Source: an uncultured archaeon (GTDB taxonomy: Archaea; Altiarchaeota; Altiarchaeia; IMC4; SCGC-AAA252-I15). From it: a stretch of DNA of 64,000 nucleotides. A model generated the notes under the pieces. It searched no databases, was not told the DNA's origin, and saw only the letters and a list, made by a program, of their open reading frames with translations. The translations under genes were made by a program, and so were the position numbers. The stretch covers positions 21,660 through 85,659 of the forward strand of contig CAZPLO010000003.1 of assembly GCA_964587725.1 (NCBI GenBank), written 5' to 3'. This document shows positions 38,724-47,835 of this stretch, piece by piece; the stretch's first letter is position 1; the number at the start of each line of letters is the position of its first letter.

Positions 38724-39357
38724 CCTGTTCCACATACCATCTGAAGGAGTCGTCCAAGTCCTCTTTCACGGCGTCCGGCCACAGCCGCTCAAAGACGTGC
38801 AAGTAGGCGTAGGCGCTCTGGTACGGCAGGAACCCGCTCAACCTGCTCCGGCCGCCCCACCGCACAATCAGGTCTATCTCAGGTATCCTGTAGGAGTGCA
38901 TCCTGTGCCTCAGCCCCACCCTGCCGAGGTCCCACTTGTAGTCGTAGTTCACCAGCAGGTTCAGCCGCATTGACGCGTTTTTGCTGTGCCTTCTGTTCAC
39001 GTATTTCCTCAGTTTCTTGGGGAAAATCTCGGAGTCTCGTTTACCCACAATGTTGAGGGAAAGCCCGTCTATGTCGTTCAGCCGGTCCACCAGGTTGACT
39101 ATCGACTTCGAATAGGATTCAACCTCATGCGGTTCTCGCTCCCTGCTGTAGGGGAGGAATCCGTAGGCGGTGACTTCATTGACGCCGCATTCCATGCTGT
39201 ACGTCAGTATCTCAACCGCCCTCTCAACCGCCTTCCCGTAGGCTTTTCCGACGTCGACTCCGTTTTTCCTGGCCCACCTGCGGTTGCCGTCCGGTATCAC
39301 GCCCAGGTGCCCCGGCACCCTCTTTTCTTTGCTCATGTAGTCTTCAAATCGCACCAC
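38713..39357 (-). CDS. second cis-prenyltransferase (UppS family)
   Basis: HLGVIPDGNRRWA, DLIVRWGGRSRLSGFLPYQSAYA, LWPD. Confidence 0.88.
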   Translation of the reverse strand: MVRFEDYMSKEKRVPGHLGVIPDGNRRWARKNGVDVGKAYGKAVERAVEILTYSMECGVNEVTAYGFLPYSREREPHEVESYSKSIVNLVDRLNDIDGLSLNIVGKRDSEIFPKKLRKYVNRRHSKNASMRLNLLVNYDYKWDLGRVGLRHRMHSYRIPEIDLIVRWGGRSRLSGFLPYQSAYAYLHVFERLWPDAVKEDLDDSFRWYVEQAKG

Positions 39358-39369
39358 ATCTATAAAAGT

Positions 39370-40758
39370 TCACCCGAACCACTCCTGTTCCGTCGCAACC
39401 CGCATGTAGTCCGTTGAATCGTCCGTAAGGCTTTTCGCGGCCGTCAACCCCATGCTGATGCTGTGGTCCATGTTGTTGTAGCGGAACAGTCCGTTGCGTC
39501 CGAACACCCGCAGGTTCACCATGGAGTTCAGGTAGTCCAATATTGTCTTCAGGTTTTCCCTGTACCCTATGTCGTATACGGGGTACGCGTACTCCATCCC
39601 GTGCGCCTCGCACCCCATGTACTCCCCCTCATCCACCAGCCCCATGGACGCCATCTCCTCCACGACACTGCCGCCGAGCTCCCCCCCGGCGTTCCATACT
39701 TCATCGCCGCGTCGGCAGGTCAGTTCCGCGGCCACAATGGTCTTGCCCTCCGGCGCATTGGCTTCGCTGAAGTTCTTGGACTCGCTCAGCCGGTTCGCGA
39801 TGAACCTGGGTTCAGGCAGGTATATCCAGTTGTCCAGGCTCACCCGGTCCCTGTCGAACCGCATGTTAATCAGGTTTATGGACCTGAACCTGAGTTTCTC
39901 GGCAGCCTCCACGACACCTTCAGGCGGCTTCGGCTTCACCGCCCTGACGAAGTCCGTCAACGGGATGGTGGAGAACACGACATCCTCTTCGCCGACCTCC
40001 ACCCGCCCCCCATTCAACCCGACGTAAGTAACCCGTCCGTCTTCCACGCCGACATCATCCACCTTGGTGTTCAACCGTATCTCACCACCCCCCTCCACTA
40101 TCCTTTCAGCATATGCCTCTCCAATGGCCCCGATGCCGCCGGTGCGCGGATAATAGAATCTGCTCACGTAAGTTCGGGGTACGTTCTCCCGCCGGAACAC
40201 GGTCTTCACCAGCGTGTCCCACAGGCTCAGCAGCGTAATCCTCTGCGCGGCCCAGTCGGCGCTCAACTCCGTGCACGGCAGGCCCCACATCTTCTCCGTG
40301 TAGACTTTAAAGTATATCTCGTACATTTTCCGGCCGAAGCGGCTCACCACCCACTCCTCGAAGTTCCGGTCCCTGCTCGGATGTATTATGCCGCCTGCCT
40401 TCGCAGTCAGGTAGTCCACCACTATTTTTGCGGTGGTCAGAGGCGGCATCTTCAGGAAGGCGTTTTTCACCCGCAGCGGGTAGTCGAAGAACCTGCCCTC
40501 CAACTGTATCCGCGACCTCCTCGTCCTCTCCTCGAGCCTGCCCCCCAGCAGTTCTCTCACGTGCTCCAGAAGCTCCGGGTCCTGGGTGTGGAAGCGGTGC
40601 GGCCCCAGGTCGTGGGTGAATCCGCCGGACTCGTAGCTTCTGGCCAGACCCCCCACCCGCGCCTCTTTCTCTAACACGGTCACGGGGACGCCGTCCCCGG
40701 TCAGCTGGTGGGCGGCGCTCAAACCCGCCAGGCCCCCGCCCAACACCCATACTTTCAT
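39370..40758 (-). CDS. FAD-dependent oxidoreductase (HemY/UDP-galactopyranose mutase-like)
   Basis: GGGLAGLS, EK...GGL, DLGPHRF, YAYPVY, GRNGLFRYNNMDHS; ATG at 40758. Confidence 0.85.
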   Translation of the reverse strand: MKVWVLGGGLAGLSAAHQLTGDGVPVTVLEKEARVGGLARSYESGGFTHDLGPHRFHTQDPELLEHVRELLGGRLEERTRRSRIQLEGRFFDYPLRVKNAFLKMPPLTTAKIVVDYLTAKAGGIIHPSRDRNFEEWVVSRFGRKMYEIYFKVYTEKMWGLPCTELSADWAAQRITLLSLWDTLVKTVFRRENVPRTYVSRFYYPRTGGIGAIGEAYAERIVEGGGEIRLNTKVDDVGVEDGRVTYVGLNGGRVEVGEEDVVFSTIPLTDFVRAVKPKPPEGVVEAAEKLRFRSINLINMRFDRDRVSLDNWIYLPEPRFIANRLSESKNFSEANAPEGKTIVAAELTCRRGDEVWNAGGELGGSVVEEMASMGLVDEGEYMGCEAHGMEYAYPVYDIGYRENLKTILDYLNSMVNLRVFGRNGLFRYNNMDHSISMGLTAAKSLTDDSTDYMRVATEQEWFG

Positions 40759-40812
40759 GTGTGAAGTTATTTGACCCTTCATATTTAATCTGTTAATTCC
40801 ATTGTCAACGAA

Positions 40813-41925
40813 ATGAAGGTTCTTGTAACGGGCGGAGCGGGGTTCATAGGCTCCCACATCGTCGACGCCCTGGTGGAAGAAGGGCATGAGGTCGTCATAC
40901 TCGACAACCTGGAGGAGCAGGTCCACAAGGGGGAAGTCCCCGACTACCTGAACGGGGAGGCTGAGTTCATTCGCGGGGACGTCCGCAGCAGAGAAGATTT
41001 GCGGAAGGCGCTGGACGGCGTTGAAGTGTTGTTCCACGAGGCGGCCGCGGTGGGCGTCGGCCAGAGCATGTACCTGATAGAGGACTACGTGGACAAGAAC
41101 ACCAAAGCCACCGCCACATTGATGGATTTATTGGTGAACGAAGAGCACTCTCTGAAGAAATTAATTGTTGCGTCGTCGATGAGCATCTACGGCGAAGGAA
41201 CCTATGAATGCGACTCACACGGCCTAATGCATCCGCCGCTGCGGCCCATGGAGCAGCTGAAATCCCATGGGTGGAGGATGAAGTGTCCCATATGCGGGGA
41301 GCCGATGAAACCGGTTCCCACCAACGAGGACAAGCCGCTGCGGCCGACCTCAATATATGCGCTGTCGAAGCGGGACCAGGAGGAGCTGTGCATTATCACG
41401 GGCTCCAGCTACGGCATACCCGCCGTGGCACTGCGTTACTTCAACGTCTACGGCCCCCGGCAGTCACTGAGCAATCCCTACACGGGGGTGGCTGCGATAT
41501 TCAGCAGTAACATAAAAAACGACAACCCGCCGATAATATACGAGGACGGATTGCAGAGCAGGGACTTCCTCTCAATCAAAGACATCGTTCAGGCGAACCT
41601 GCTGGTTATGAAGTCGTCGAAGGCGGACTACGGCGTATTCAACGTCGGGTCGGGTAAACCAACCACCGTCCTGCAGATTGCGGAATTGTTGGCTGAACTC
41701 TACGGCAAAGACATTGAGCCGGAGATACAGAACAAGTACCGCGTCGGCGACATAAGACACTGCTACGCCGACATCTCCAGGATAAGGAAGCTCGGCTACG
41801 AGCCGAAGGTGGACATACGCGAAGGCTTCAGGGAGCTGGTGGACTGGGGCAAGACTGCGGAGGCGGTGGATGAGAGTAGGAAGGCCGCCAAGGAACTTGT
41901 CGACCGGAACCTGGTTGAGAAGTAG
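40813..41925 (+). CDS. NAD-dependent epimerase/dehydratase (WbiB-like)
   Basis: TGGAGFIG, VGVGQSMY, ASSMSIYGEG, YALSK, LRYFNVYGPRQ. Confidence 0.88.
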   Translation: MKVLVTGGAGFIGSHIVDALVEEGHEVVILDNLEEQVHKGEVPDYLNGEAEFIRGDVRSREDLRKALDGVEVLFHEAAAVGVGQSMYLIEDYVDKNTKATATLMDLLVNEEHSLKKLIVASSMSIYGEGTYECDSHGLMHPPLRPMEQLKSHGWRMKCPICGEPMKPVPTNEDKPLRPTSIYALSKRDQEELCIITGSSYGIPAVALRYFNVYGPRQSLSNPYTGVAAIFSSNIKNDNPPIIYEDGLQSRDFLSIKDIVQANLLVMKSSKADYGVFNVGSGKPTTVLQIAELLAELYGKDIEPEIQNKYRVGDIRHCYADISRIRKLGYEPKVDIREGFRELVDWGKTAEAVDESRKAAKELVDRNLVEK

Positions 41926-41926
41926 C

Positions 41927-43066
41927 TCAAACCTCTGCCCTGCCCTTGAGCATCACATACACTGCAGCGTACTCCGGCAGCTTCACCACGTCACCCGCAT
42001 TATACGGGCCGTAGTCGTTCTCCATAAGCTGGAACACTCCAACATCCTCTGCAACATTCACCTTAACTTCCTCGTCTCCGAAGGCCACCGCGTCGACGAG
42101 GGGGTCGAACGACTCCAACTTATTGGTTTTTTTCGCCAGCAGTCCGCTGCCGCCGTGTATCGTATCCGGCAGCCGAATGAGCCGTGACGTGTCCAATGTG
42201 ACTTGTTTGTCCGCATCCTTTATCGCGGCAGCCTTCGAGTATATCTGCCGCTGGATGTTGCCGCGGAACAGATCCCACAGCGCATCCCATTTCCCGTCCC
42301 TCAGGAGCCTCAGGTTCCTGTTGCGGTTGGACACAATCTTCTCCGCCGTCTTCTTCCCCACCCCATCCATTTTCACCAGCTCCTCCGCAGGCGACTTAAT
42401 CAAGCCCTCGGTGACGTCGTATATGCGTTTAGCCCATCCCCTGCTGTCCGCTGTCGGCCCCACCCTGCCACCCGCCCGGGCCCTGGCCTTTCCGCGTTCG
42501 AAGGTTATGCCCTCCATGCCGTCGGATTCGCTGATGAAGTATTCGATGTCCAACCCCGTCCCCGTAATGTAATCCACTATCTCCCGCCGGGCTTCGCCGT
42601 TGAGGCTGCGGACTTCGTCGCCGGTGACGTGGATGTGGTAGCCTTTGCTGCCCGAGAAGTTCACCCGCATCTCTTTTTCGGTGAAGCCGAAGTCGTTTTC
42701 GAGGAAGTCGAGTATGCCGAACGCCTCCTCCTTCACCTCCTCCAGTCTCACGCGGTTCAAATACTCCATGGGTTTGTCCAGGTCGAATACCAGGTCTGCT
42801 CCGAGCCAGTTCTTCCTCTGCATGGGCTGGTTCTCCGGGAACTCATAGTACGCTGAAGAGTAGGAGATGAAGTACGGCGCCTCCGTCCGCAGGTACTGGT
42901 GCAGCCGCTTCCCGGTCTGGAAGCTCTTGTGCCGGAACTTGATTTTGTCGTCCAAGGTGCCTACGCCGAACTCCCGCAGGTGTATTTCAGACGGCGGCTC
43001 AGGCCGATGCCTCCAATAATACTGTTTGAACGTCTTCTTCAGCCAAACCTTCGTCTCCGTGTTCAT
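41927..43066 (-). CDS. priS: DNA primase catalytic subunit
   Basis: REFG, GADLVFDLD, FSGSKGYHIHV, VTLDTSRLIRLP..IHG. Confidence 0.95.
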   Translation of the reverse strand: MNTETKVWLKKTFKQYYWRHRPEPPSEIHLREFGVGTLDDKIKFRHKSFQTGKRLHQYLRTEAPYFISYSSAYYEFPENQPMQRKNWLGADLVFDLDKPMEYLNRVRLEEVKEEAFGILDFLENDFGFTEKEMRVNFSGSKGYHIHVTGDEVRSLNGEARREIVDYITGTGLDIEYFISESDGMEGITFERGKARARAGGRVGPTADSRGWAKRIYDVTEGLIKSPAEELVKMDGVGKKTAEKIVSNRNRNLRLLRDGKWDALWDLFRGNIQRQIYSKAAAIKDADKQVTLDTSRLIRLPDTIHGGSGLLAKKTNKLESFDPLVDAVAFGDEEVKVNVAEDVGVFQLMENDYGPYNAGDVVKLPEYAAVYVMLKGRAEV

Positions 43067-43299
43067 ATCAGCCCCATGGACTTCATCCGGTCGATTCCTA
43101 CGCCCGCCGCCAGCACCTTCATGAACGCCGGCTCCAATCCCTCCTCGCCAACCCTTCTCTTAAGCTGCTTGAGGTTGTAGGACACCGCCCCCTGCGTTAT
43201 GTCAAGTTCCGCTGCTATGTCGGACTGCGTGTATCCGAGGCCGCGCATCATAACAATCCTCGCTACTTCACGGTCAGACAACATAACCAACCACCTCAA
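43063..43299 (-). CDS. small HTH protein
   Basis: LSDRE...GYTQSDIAAELDITQGAVSYNL. Confidence 0.75.
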   Translation of the reverse strand: MRWLVMLSDREVARIVMMRGLGYTQSDIAAELDITQGAVSYNLKQLKRRVGEEGLEPAFMKVLAAGVGIDRMKSMGLI

Positions 43300-43326
43300 T
43301 AAAAAAATAGAATAGTTGATAATATA

Positions 43327-43956
43327 TTAGAATTCTTCGCGTATCATGTCTTCGCTGCCCTCCAACGCGTCGGGCACCCTGTACACACTCCCGGATACGA
43401 TGTCGTACAGGAGCGGCAGCACCTTCACCCCGCCCTCTCTAACCCGCTTATACTGTCTCGGATAATCCAGTTTCAGGAACCCCCGTATAGCCTCCGCCTG
43501 CAGCCTGCACCCCTCCTCTATCACCAGCTGCTCGAAATCCTCGTCCAGCAGCTTCACCCTCAGCCCCTCCACGTAGGCTGTGGCGCGGACGCGGGCGTGG
43601 AACCCGCCGTAGTCCACCATGTGCTTCCGTATCTGGGATTCGGTATTGTCGTCGCCGAGGGAATGGTAGCCGCCGCACCTGGTATGATGCAACACAACAA
43701 TGAAGTCCGGATTCAAATGGTTCAGCGCGTACACCAGCGCCGCCTTCGCGTCGTCGCTGAACAGTCCGCCGACGTTCTTCGCCTCGAAAATCGTCCCCGG
43801 CTCCCGCAGATCGAATATCTCGTGGACGCTCACCCTAGAATCGCTGCAGCTCAACGCAAACACCTTAGGGTCCTGCCCGCCCTCCAACGCCCGCCGCAGC
43901 CGACGGAAGTGCCGGAGATGCCGGTGCCACCCACCCCTCAAAGCATCCAACTCCAT
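43327..43956 (-). CDS. beta-carbonic anhydrase
   Basis: CSDSR, NVGG, HTRCGG zinc ligands, YDIVSG. Confidence 0.85.
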   Translation of the reverse strand: MELDALRGGWHRHLRHFRRLRRALEGGQDPKVFALSCSDSRVSVHEIFDLREPGTIFEAKNVGGLFSDDAKAALVYALNHLNPDFIVVLHHTRCGGYHSLGDDNTESQIRKHMVDYGGFHARVRATAYVEGLRVKLLDEDFEQLVIEEGCRLQAEAIRGFLKLDYPRQYKRVREGGVKVLPLLYDIVSGSVYRVPDALEGSEDMIREEF

Positions 43957-44011
43957 AACAGAATATTAATCAACCTGCACGAATTAAATACATAACGTGT
44001 AATACACAAAG

Positions 44012-44050
44012 ATGAAACTAGATCATCAAAAGCCGGGGTTCAAGTGCGGC
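44012..44050 (+). pseudogene. degenerate duplicate of the gatE 5' end
   Basis: Encodes MKLDHQKPGFKCG versus GatE MDMDYNKLGFKCG; GGGGTTCAAGTGCGGC is identical at 44035 and 44141. Confidence 0.7.
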
Positions 44051-44117
44051 GGCCTTTTTCTTTTTGGGAAAAAGAAAAACGCCGGCGAAAAAGAAAAACC
44101 ATTTACTATAAAATAAG

Positions 44118-45965
44118 ATGGATATGGATTACAACAAGCTGGGGTTCAAGTGCGGCATCGAAATCCACCAGCAGTTGGACACCCACAAGCTGTTCTGCCC
44201 ATGCCCGTCTGTCATACGGGATGAGCGGCCGGACGTTACCGTGGAGCGGAGGATGCGCGCCGTCGCAGGCGAGCTGGGTGACGTGGACCCGGCGGCGTTG
44301 CACGAGTTCCTCCGCGGCCGCACACTCTTGTATGAGGCGTACGCCGGCACCAACTGCCTGGTGGAACTGGATGAGGAGCCGCCGCACCCCGTCAACCAGG
44401 AAGCGTTGGACATCGTGTTGGAGATTGCGTTGCTGCTGAACGCCAGTCCCGTGGACGAGATACAGGTGATGCGGAAGACGGTGATAGACGGCAGCAACAC
44501 CGGCGGCTTCCAGCGCACCATGCTGGTGGCGGAAGACGGCGTATTGGAGACCGGCGACGGCGATGTCGGAATCCCCACTGTCTGCCTGGAGGAGGACGCC
44601 GCCCGCATAATCAGCGAAGAAGATGGCACAGTAACCTACCGCCTCGACCGCCTCGGCATACCGTTGGTGGAGGTTGCTACGTCACCGGACATCAGAAGCC
44701 CGCAGCATGCGAGGGAGGCCGCTGAAAAAATCGGCTCCATCATGCGCGCCACCAGGGTCAAGCGGGGCCTCGGCACCATACGCCAGGACATCAACGTGTC
44801 CATTGAAGGCGGGGAACGCATCGAAGTCAAAGGCGTGCAGGATTTAAGGATAATCTCCAAGGTGGTGGAAGGCGAGGTGATGCGGCAGCTGATGCTCATA
44901 CAGGTCAAGGAAGAAATAGAAAAACGCGGGGTCAAAGAAGAAGACTACGACCTAGAACCCGTTGACGTAACAAAACTGTTCAAGAAAACCAGGTCGTCGG
45001 TGATAGACAAGGCGCTGTCGTCCAACGGAGTCGTGTTGGCTGTGAAACTCCGCGGACTCGACGGGTTGCTGAAGAACAAGCTGGGTCCGCAGCTGGCGCA
45101 GTACGCCCGCGCCCTCGCAGGCGTCAAAGGAATCTTCCACGGCGACGAGTTGCCGGCCTACGGCGTCAGCCCCGAAGAAGTTGCGGCCGTTAAGAAGAAG
45201 CTGTCCGCATCGGGGAAAGACTCATACGCCCTCGTCGCCGCGCCGAAGGAACAAGCAGAGAAGGCGTTATCCGCCGTATTAGGCCGCTGCAGGACCGCGT
45301 TGGAGGGGGTGCCGGAGGAGACCCGCAGGGCCCTCGAAGACGGCAACACGGAATACATGCGGCCGCTGCCAGGCAGCAACAGGATGTACCCTGAAACCGA
45401 CGAACCATTGGTTCCGGTCACAGACGAACACCTGTCCGAAATCGAATCGGACCTGCCGGAGCTCCGCTCCGACCGGGCGAAACGGTATGCGGAATTGGGT
45501 TTGAGCGGCGAGCTCGCATCCCAGCTGTCCCGTTCAGAGGAGGCTGATTTGTTCGAGAAACTTGCAGAGGAATATGACGTTCCGGCTACCGTCGTAGCCA
45601 CAACCCTCACATCGTATCCCAAGGAGGCTGCGTCCCGGTACGGCGTGGACGTGTCTGTGTTGACGGAAGAACACTTCCGCGGCATCATACGCCTACTGTC
45701 TGAAGGCAGGCTGACCAAGAACGTGCTCGTTGACCTGCTGGCGAAGGTTGCTGAGGACCCTGACAAGGGTGTGCTGAAGGTCGCCGAGGAAAACAACCTC
45801 ACTACACTGTCGGATAAGGAGCTGAAGAAGATGGTCGAAGACGTCGTGTCCGCAAGCAAGGACATGAATCCGGTACAGCTGATGGGGCGGGTGATGGCTG
45901 AGGCCGGCGGCCGCGCAGACCCTAAAAAGATTCAGGAGCTGATTAAAGGCCTTCGACGTGGCTGA
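44118..45965 (+). CDS. gatE: Glu-tRNA(Gln) amidotransferase subunit E
   Basis: GIEIHQQL, MRKTVIDGSNTGGFQRT, LEEDA, RGLGTIRQD, RMYPETD. Confidence 0.96.
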   Translation: MDMDYNKLGFKCGIEIHQQLDTHKLFCPCPSVIRDERPDVTVERRMRAVAGELGDVDPAALHEFLRGRTLLYEAYAGTNCLVELDEEPPHPVNQEALDIVLEIALLLNASPVDEIQVMRKTVIDGSNTGGFQRTMLVAEDGVLETGDGDVGIPTVCLEEDAARIISEEDGTVTYRLDRLGIPLVEVATSPDIRSPQHAREAAEKIGSIMRATRVKRGLGTIRQDINVSIEGGERIEVKGVQDLRIISKVVEGEVMRQLMLIQVKEEIEKRGVKEEDYDLEPVDVTKLFKKTRSSVIDKALSSNGVVLAVKLRGLDGLLKNKLGPQLAQYARALAGVKGIFHGDELPAYGVSPEEVAAVKKKLSASGKDSYALVAAPKEQAEKALSAVLGRCRTALEGVPEETRRALEDGNTEYMRPLPGSNRMYPETDEPLVPVTDEHLSEIESDLPELRSDRAKRYAELGLSGELASQLSRSEEADLFEKLAEEYDVPATVVATTLTSYPKEAASRYGVDVSVLTEEHFRGIIRLLSEGRLTKNVLVDLLAKVAEDPDKGVLKVAEENNLTTLSDKELKKMVEDVVSASKDMNPVQLMGRVMAEAGGRADPKKIQELIKGLRRG

Positions 45966-46275
45966 GTCTTAATTGAGCGAACAGTTCCCTCGGGCGTTTC
46001 TTTTCCTGTATGCCGTAGAGGTTGAACAGCCGTATAAGTTTCTTCCTCAGCATCTTGCCCTGCTGGTCCATGTCCGTTAAAATAATGACTTCGTCACAGT
46101 CCTGCAGTACCTCAACGGTTTCCAATAGGCTCTGCCCTTTATTCAGTATAATTACGTCCTCAACGCCGTGGCGTTGGAGTGCTTCGGCGTCCTTCCGGCC
46201 TTCGACTATGGCGGGGCAGTCGATGGATTCCAAGAATTCTCTGAGAATCTCCTGTTTGTCTTCTACTGTCCCCAT
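45943..46275 (-). CDS. small TOPRIM-domain protein
   Basis: IVEGRKD...IILTDMDQQG; ATG at 46275. Confidence 0.85.
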   Translation of the reverse strand: MGTVEDKQEILREFLESIDCPAIVEGRKDAEALQRHGVEDVIILNKGQSLLETVEVLQDCDEVIILTDMDQQGKMLRKKLIRLFNLYGIQEKKRPRELFAQLRLSHVEGL

Positions 46276-46397
46276 TTGTTCCCGCATGAGTTGCAGATGC
46301 ACCTTACTATGCCCAGGTCGTCCGGCAGGTGCACGTCTATGTCCCTGCTGTTGCAGTATGTGCATCGTTGCAGCCTGCGCATGAACCGTTCCCTCAT
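46263..46397 (-). CDS. 44-aa zinc-ribbon protein (absent from the ORF track)
   Basis: Own translation MRERFMRRLQRCTYCNSRDIDVHLPDDLGIVRCICNSCGNKWGQ*; overlaps the TOPRIM start. Confidence 0.65.
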   Translation of the reverse strand: MRERFMRRLQRCTYCNSRDIDVHLPDDLGIVRCICNSCGNKWGQ

Positions 46398-46633
46398 CTT
46401 AACCCTACTAAGATCCAGCGCAACCACAAAGTATTTACATATGCATGTCAGCCTTTAAAAATATGTGAATTAGAATAATCTGTCTGATGTGCAATGCTCC
46501 GGTGGAGCCGACCAAATAACGGGGGCGTTCATAATGATGGAAAAATGATTTTAAAGATAGTGGGTAATAGGGGGCTTTATAAAGGTTCTTTCACAATAAA
46601 TAGTAAATATTAAATATTCTGTGAATACTGAAA

Positions 46634-47134
46634 ATGTCGGATAAGTTGGGTGAACTGAAGCAGGACTTCATGGACCGGTACGCCAAGATATTCAGCAGCT
46701 GGGGCATCAACCCCACCGTATCGAGAGTGTACTTCACCATATTCCTGTCCACCGAACCCCTGGGGTTGAAGGAGATATCGGATGAAACCGGATACAGCGT
46801 CTCAACAGTAAGCAACGTGATGGAGATACTGGAGCGGATGACGGACATCAGACGGTTCAAAAAGCCTGGGAGCAAAAAAATATACTACGAGTGCCAGCAC
46901 GACTTCCTGCTGGTCCAGAAGAAGAAATTCCAGCAGGCATACGGCCAAATGCATGCGGTCAAGGGACTGTTCAAGGAGTCGGAGGAGAAACTCCAGGGCG
47001 AAGACGACCCGGAGTCTGTGAAAGTCCGCGGCTACATGAAGCAGGCGTACGATGACCTGCAGAAGGTGGAGGAACTCCTGGCCGAACTTCGGAAGAGCAT
47101 AGAGGATGCTCAGAGGAGCGACTATGAAGAATAA
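46634..47134 (+). CDS. GbsR/MarR-family regulator
   Basis: WGINPTVSRVY...EISDETGYSVSTVS...PGSKKIYY. Confidence 0.85.
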   Translation: MSDKLGELKQDFMDRYAKIFSSWGINPTVSRVYFTIFLSTEPLGLKEISDETGYSVSTVSNVMEILERMTDIRRFKKPGSKKIYYECQHDFLLVQKKKFQQAYGQMHAVKGLFKESEEKLQGEDDPESVKVRGYMKQAYDDLQKVEELLAELRKSIEDAQRSDYEE

Positions 47135-47834
47135 GGAGGCAACATGCAACGGGGAGGCGATTATTGAGCTACAGGACGTGTGGAAGATATACAAGATGGG
47201 TGAGGTCGAAGTCCCCGCGTTGAGGGGGTTGACGTTGAAGGTGTACCCGTGCGAGTTCGTCTCAATAACAGGCCCGTCCGGCAGCGGCAAGAGCACGGCC
47301 ATGAACATGGTCGGATGCCTGGACGTCCCAACCAAAGGCCACATATTCCTCGAGAGAAGGGACATTGCGGAGATGGAGGAGTCCGATTTGGCGCAGATAC
47401 GCGGGAAGAAGATAGGGTTCGTGTTCCAGCAGTTCAACCTCATACCCAACCTAACCGCGTTGGAGAACGTGATGCTGCCGATGATGTTCCAGGACATGCC
47501 CGTGTACGACAGGGAGAAGAGGGGTAAGATGCTGATGGAAGCGGTCGGCCTCGGAGACCGTATGGAACATAAACCCACGGAACTGTCGGGCGGCCAGCAG
47601 CAGAGGGTTGCGATAGCCAGGTCGCTGGCAAACGACCCGGACGTGGTGCTGGCTGACGAGCCCACAGGCAACCTCGACACCAAAACCGGGGAGGAGGTAT
47701 TGGACCTGCTGAAGAAACTCCACCGGGAGGAGAACAAGACCATCATAATGGTAACACACGACCTCAAGCTTTCCAAGAAGGCGGAGAGGGAAATCAAGAT
47801 AAGAGATGGAAAAGTAGTTGAAGGAGGTAAATAA
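47124..47834 (+). CDS. ABC transporter ATP-binding protein (MacB/LolD-like)
   Basis: GPSGSGKS, IGFVFQQFNL, LSGGQQQRV, ADEPTGNLD. Confidence 0.95.
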   Translation: MKNKEATCNGEAIIELQDVWKIYKMGEVEVPALRGLTLKVYPCEFVSITGPSGSGKSTAMNMVGCLDVPTKGHIFLERRDIAEMEESDLAQIRGKKIGFVFQQFNLIPNLTALENVMLPMMFQDMPVYDREKRGKMLMEAVGLGDRMEHKPTELSGGQQQRVAIARSLANDPDVVLADEPTGNLDTKTGEEVLDLLKKLHREENKTIIMVTHDLKLSKKAEREIKIRDGKVVEGGK

Positions 47835-47835
47835 G

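Noticed and set aside
40759-41037. 555-aa version of the FAD oxidoreductase
   Set aside because: The extension overlaps the divergent epimerase; the Rossmann motif begins at ATG 40758
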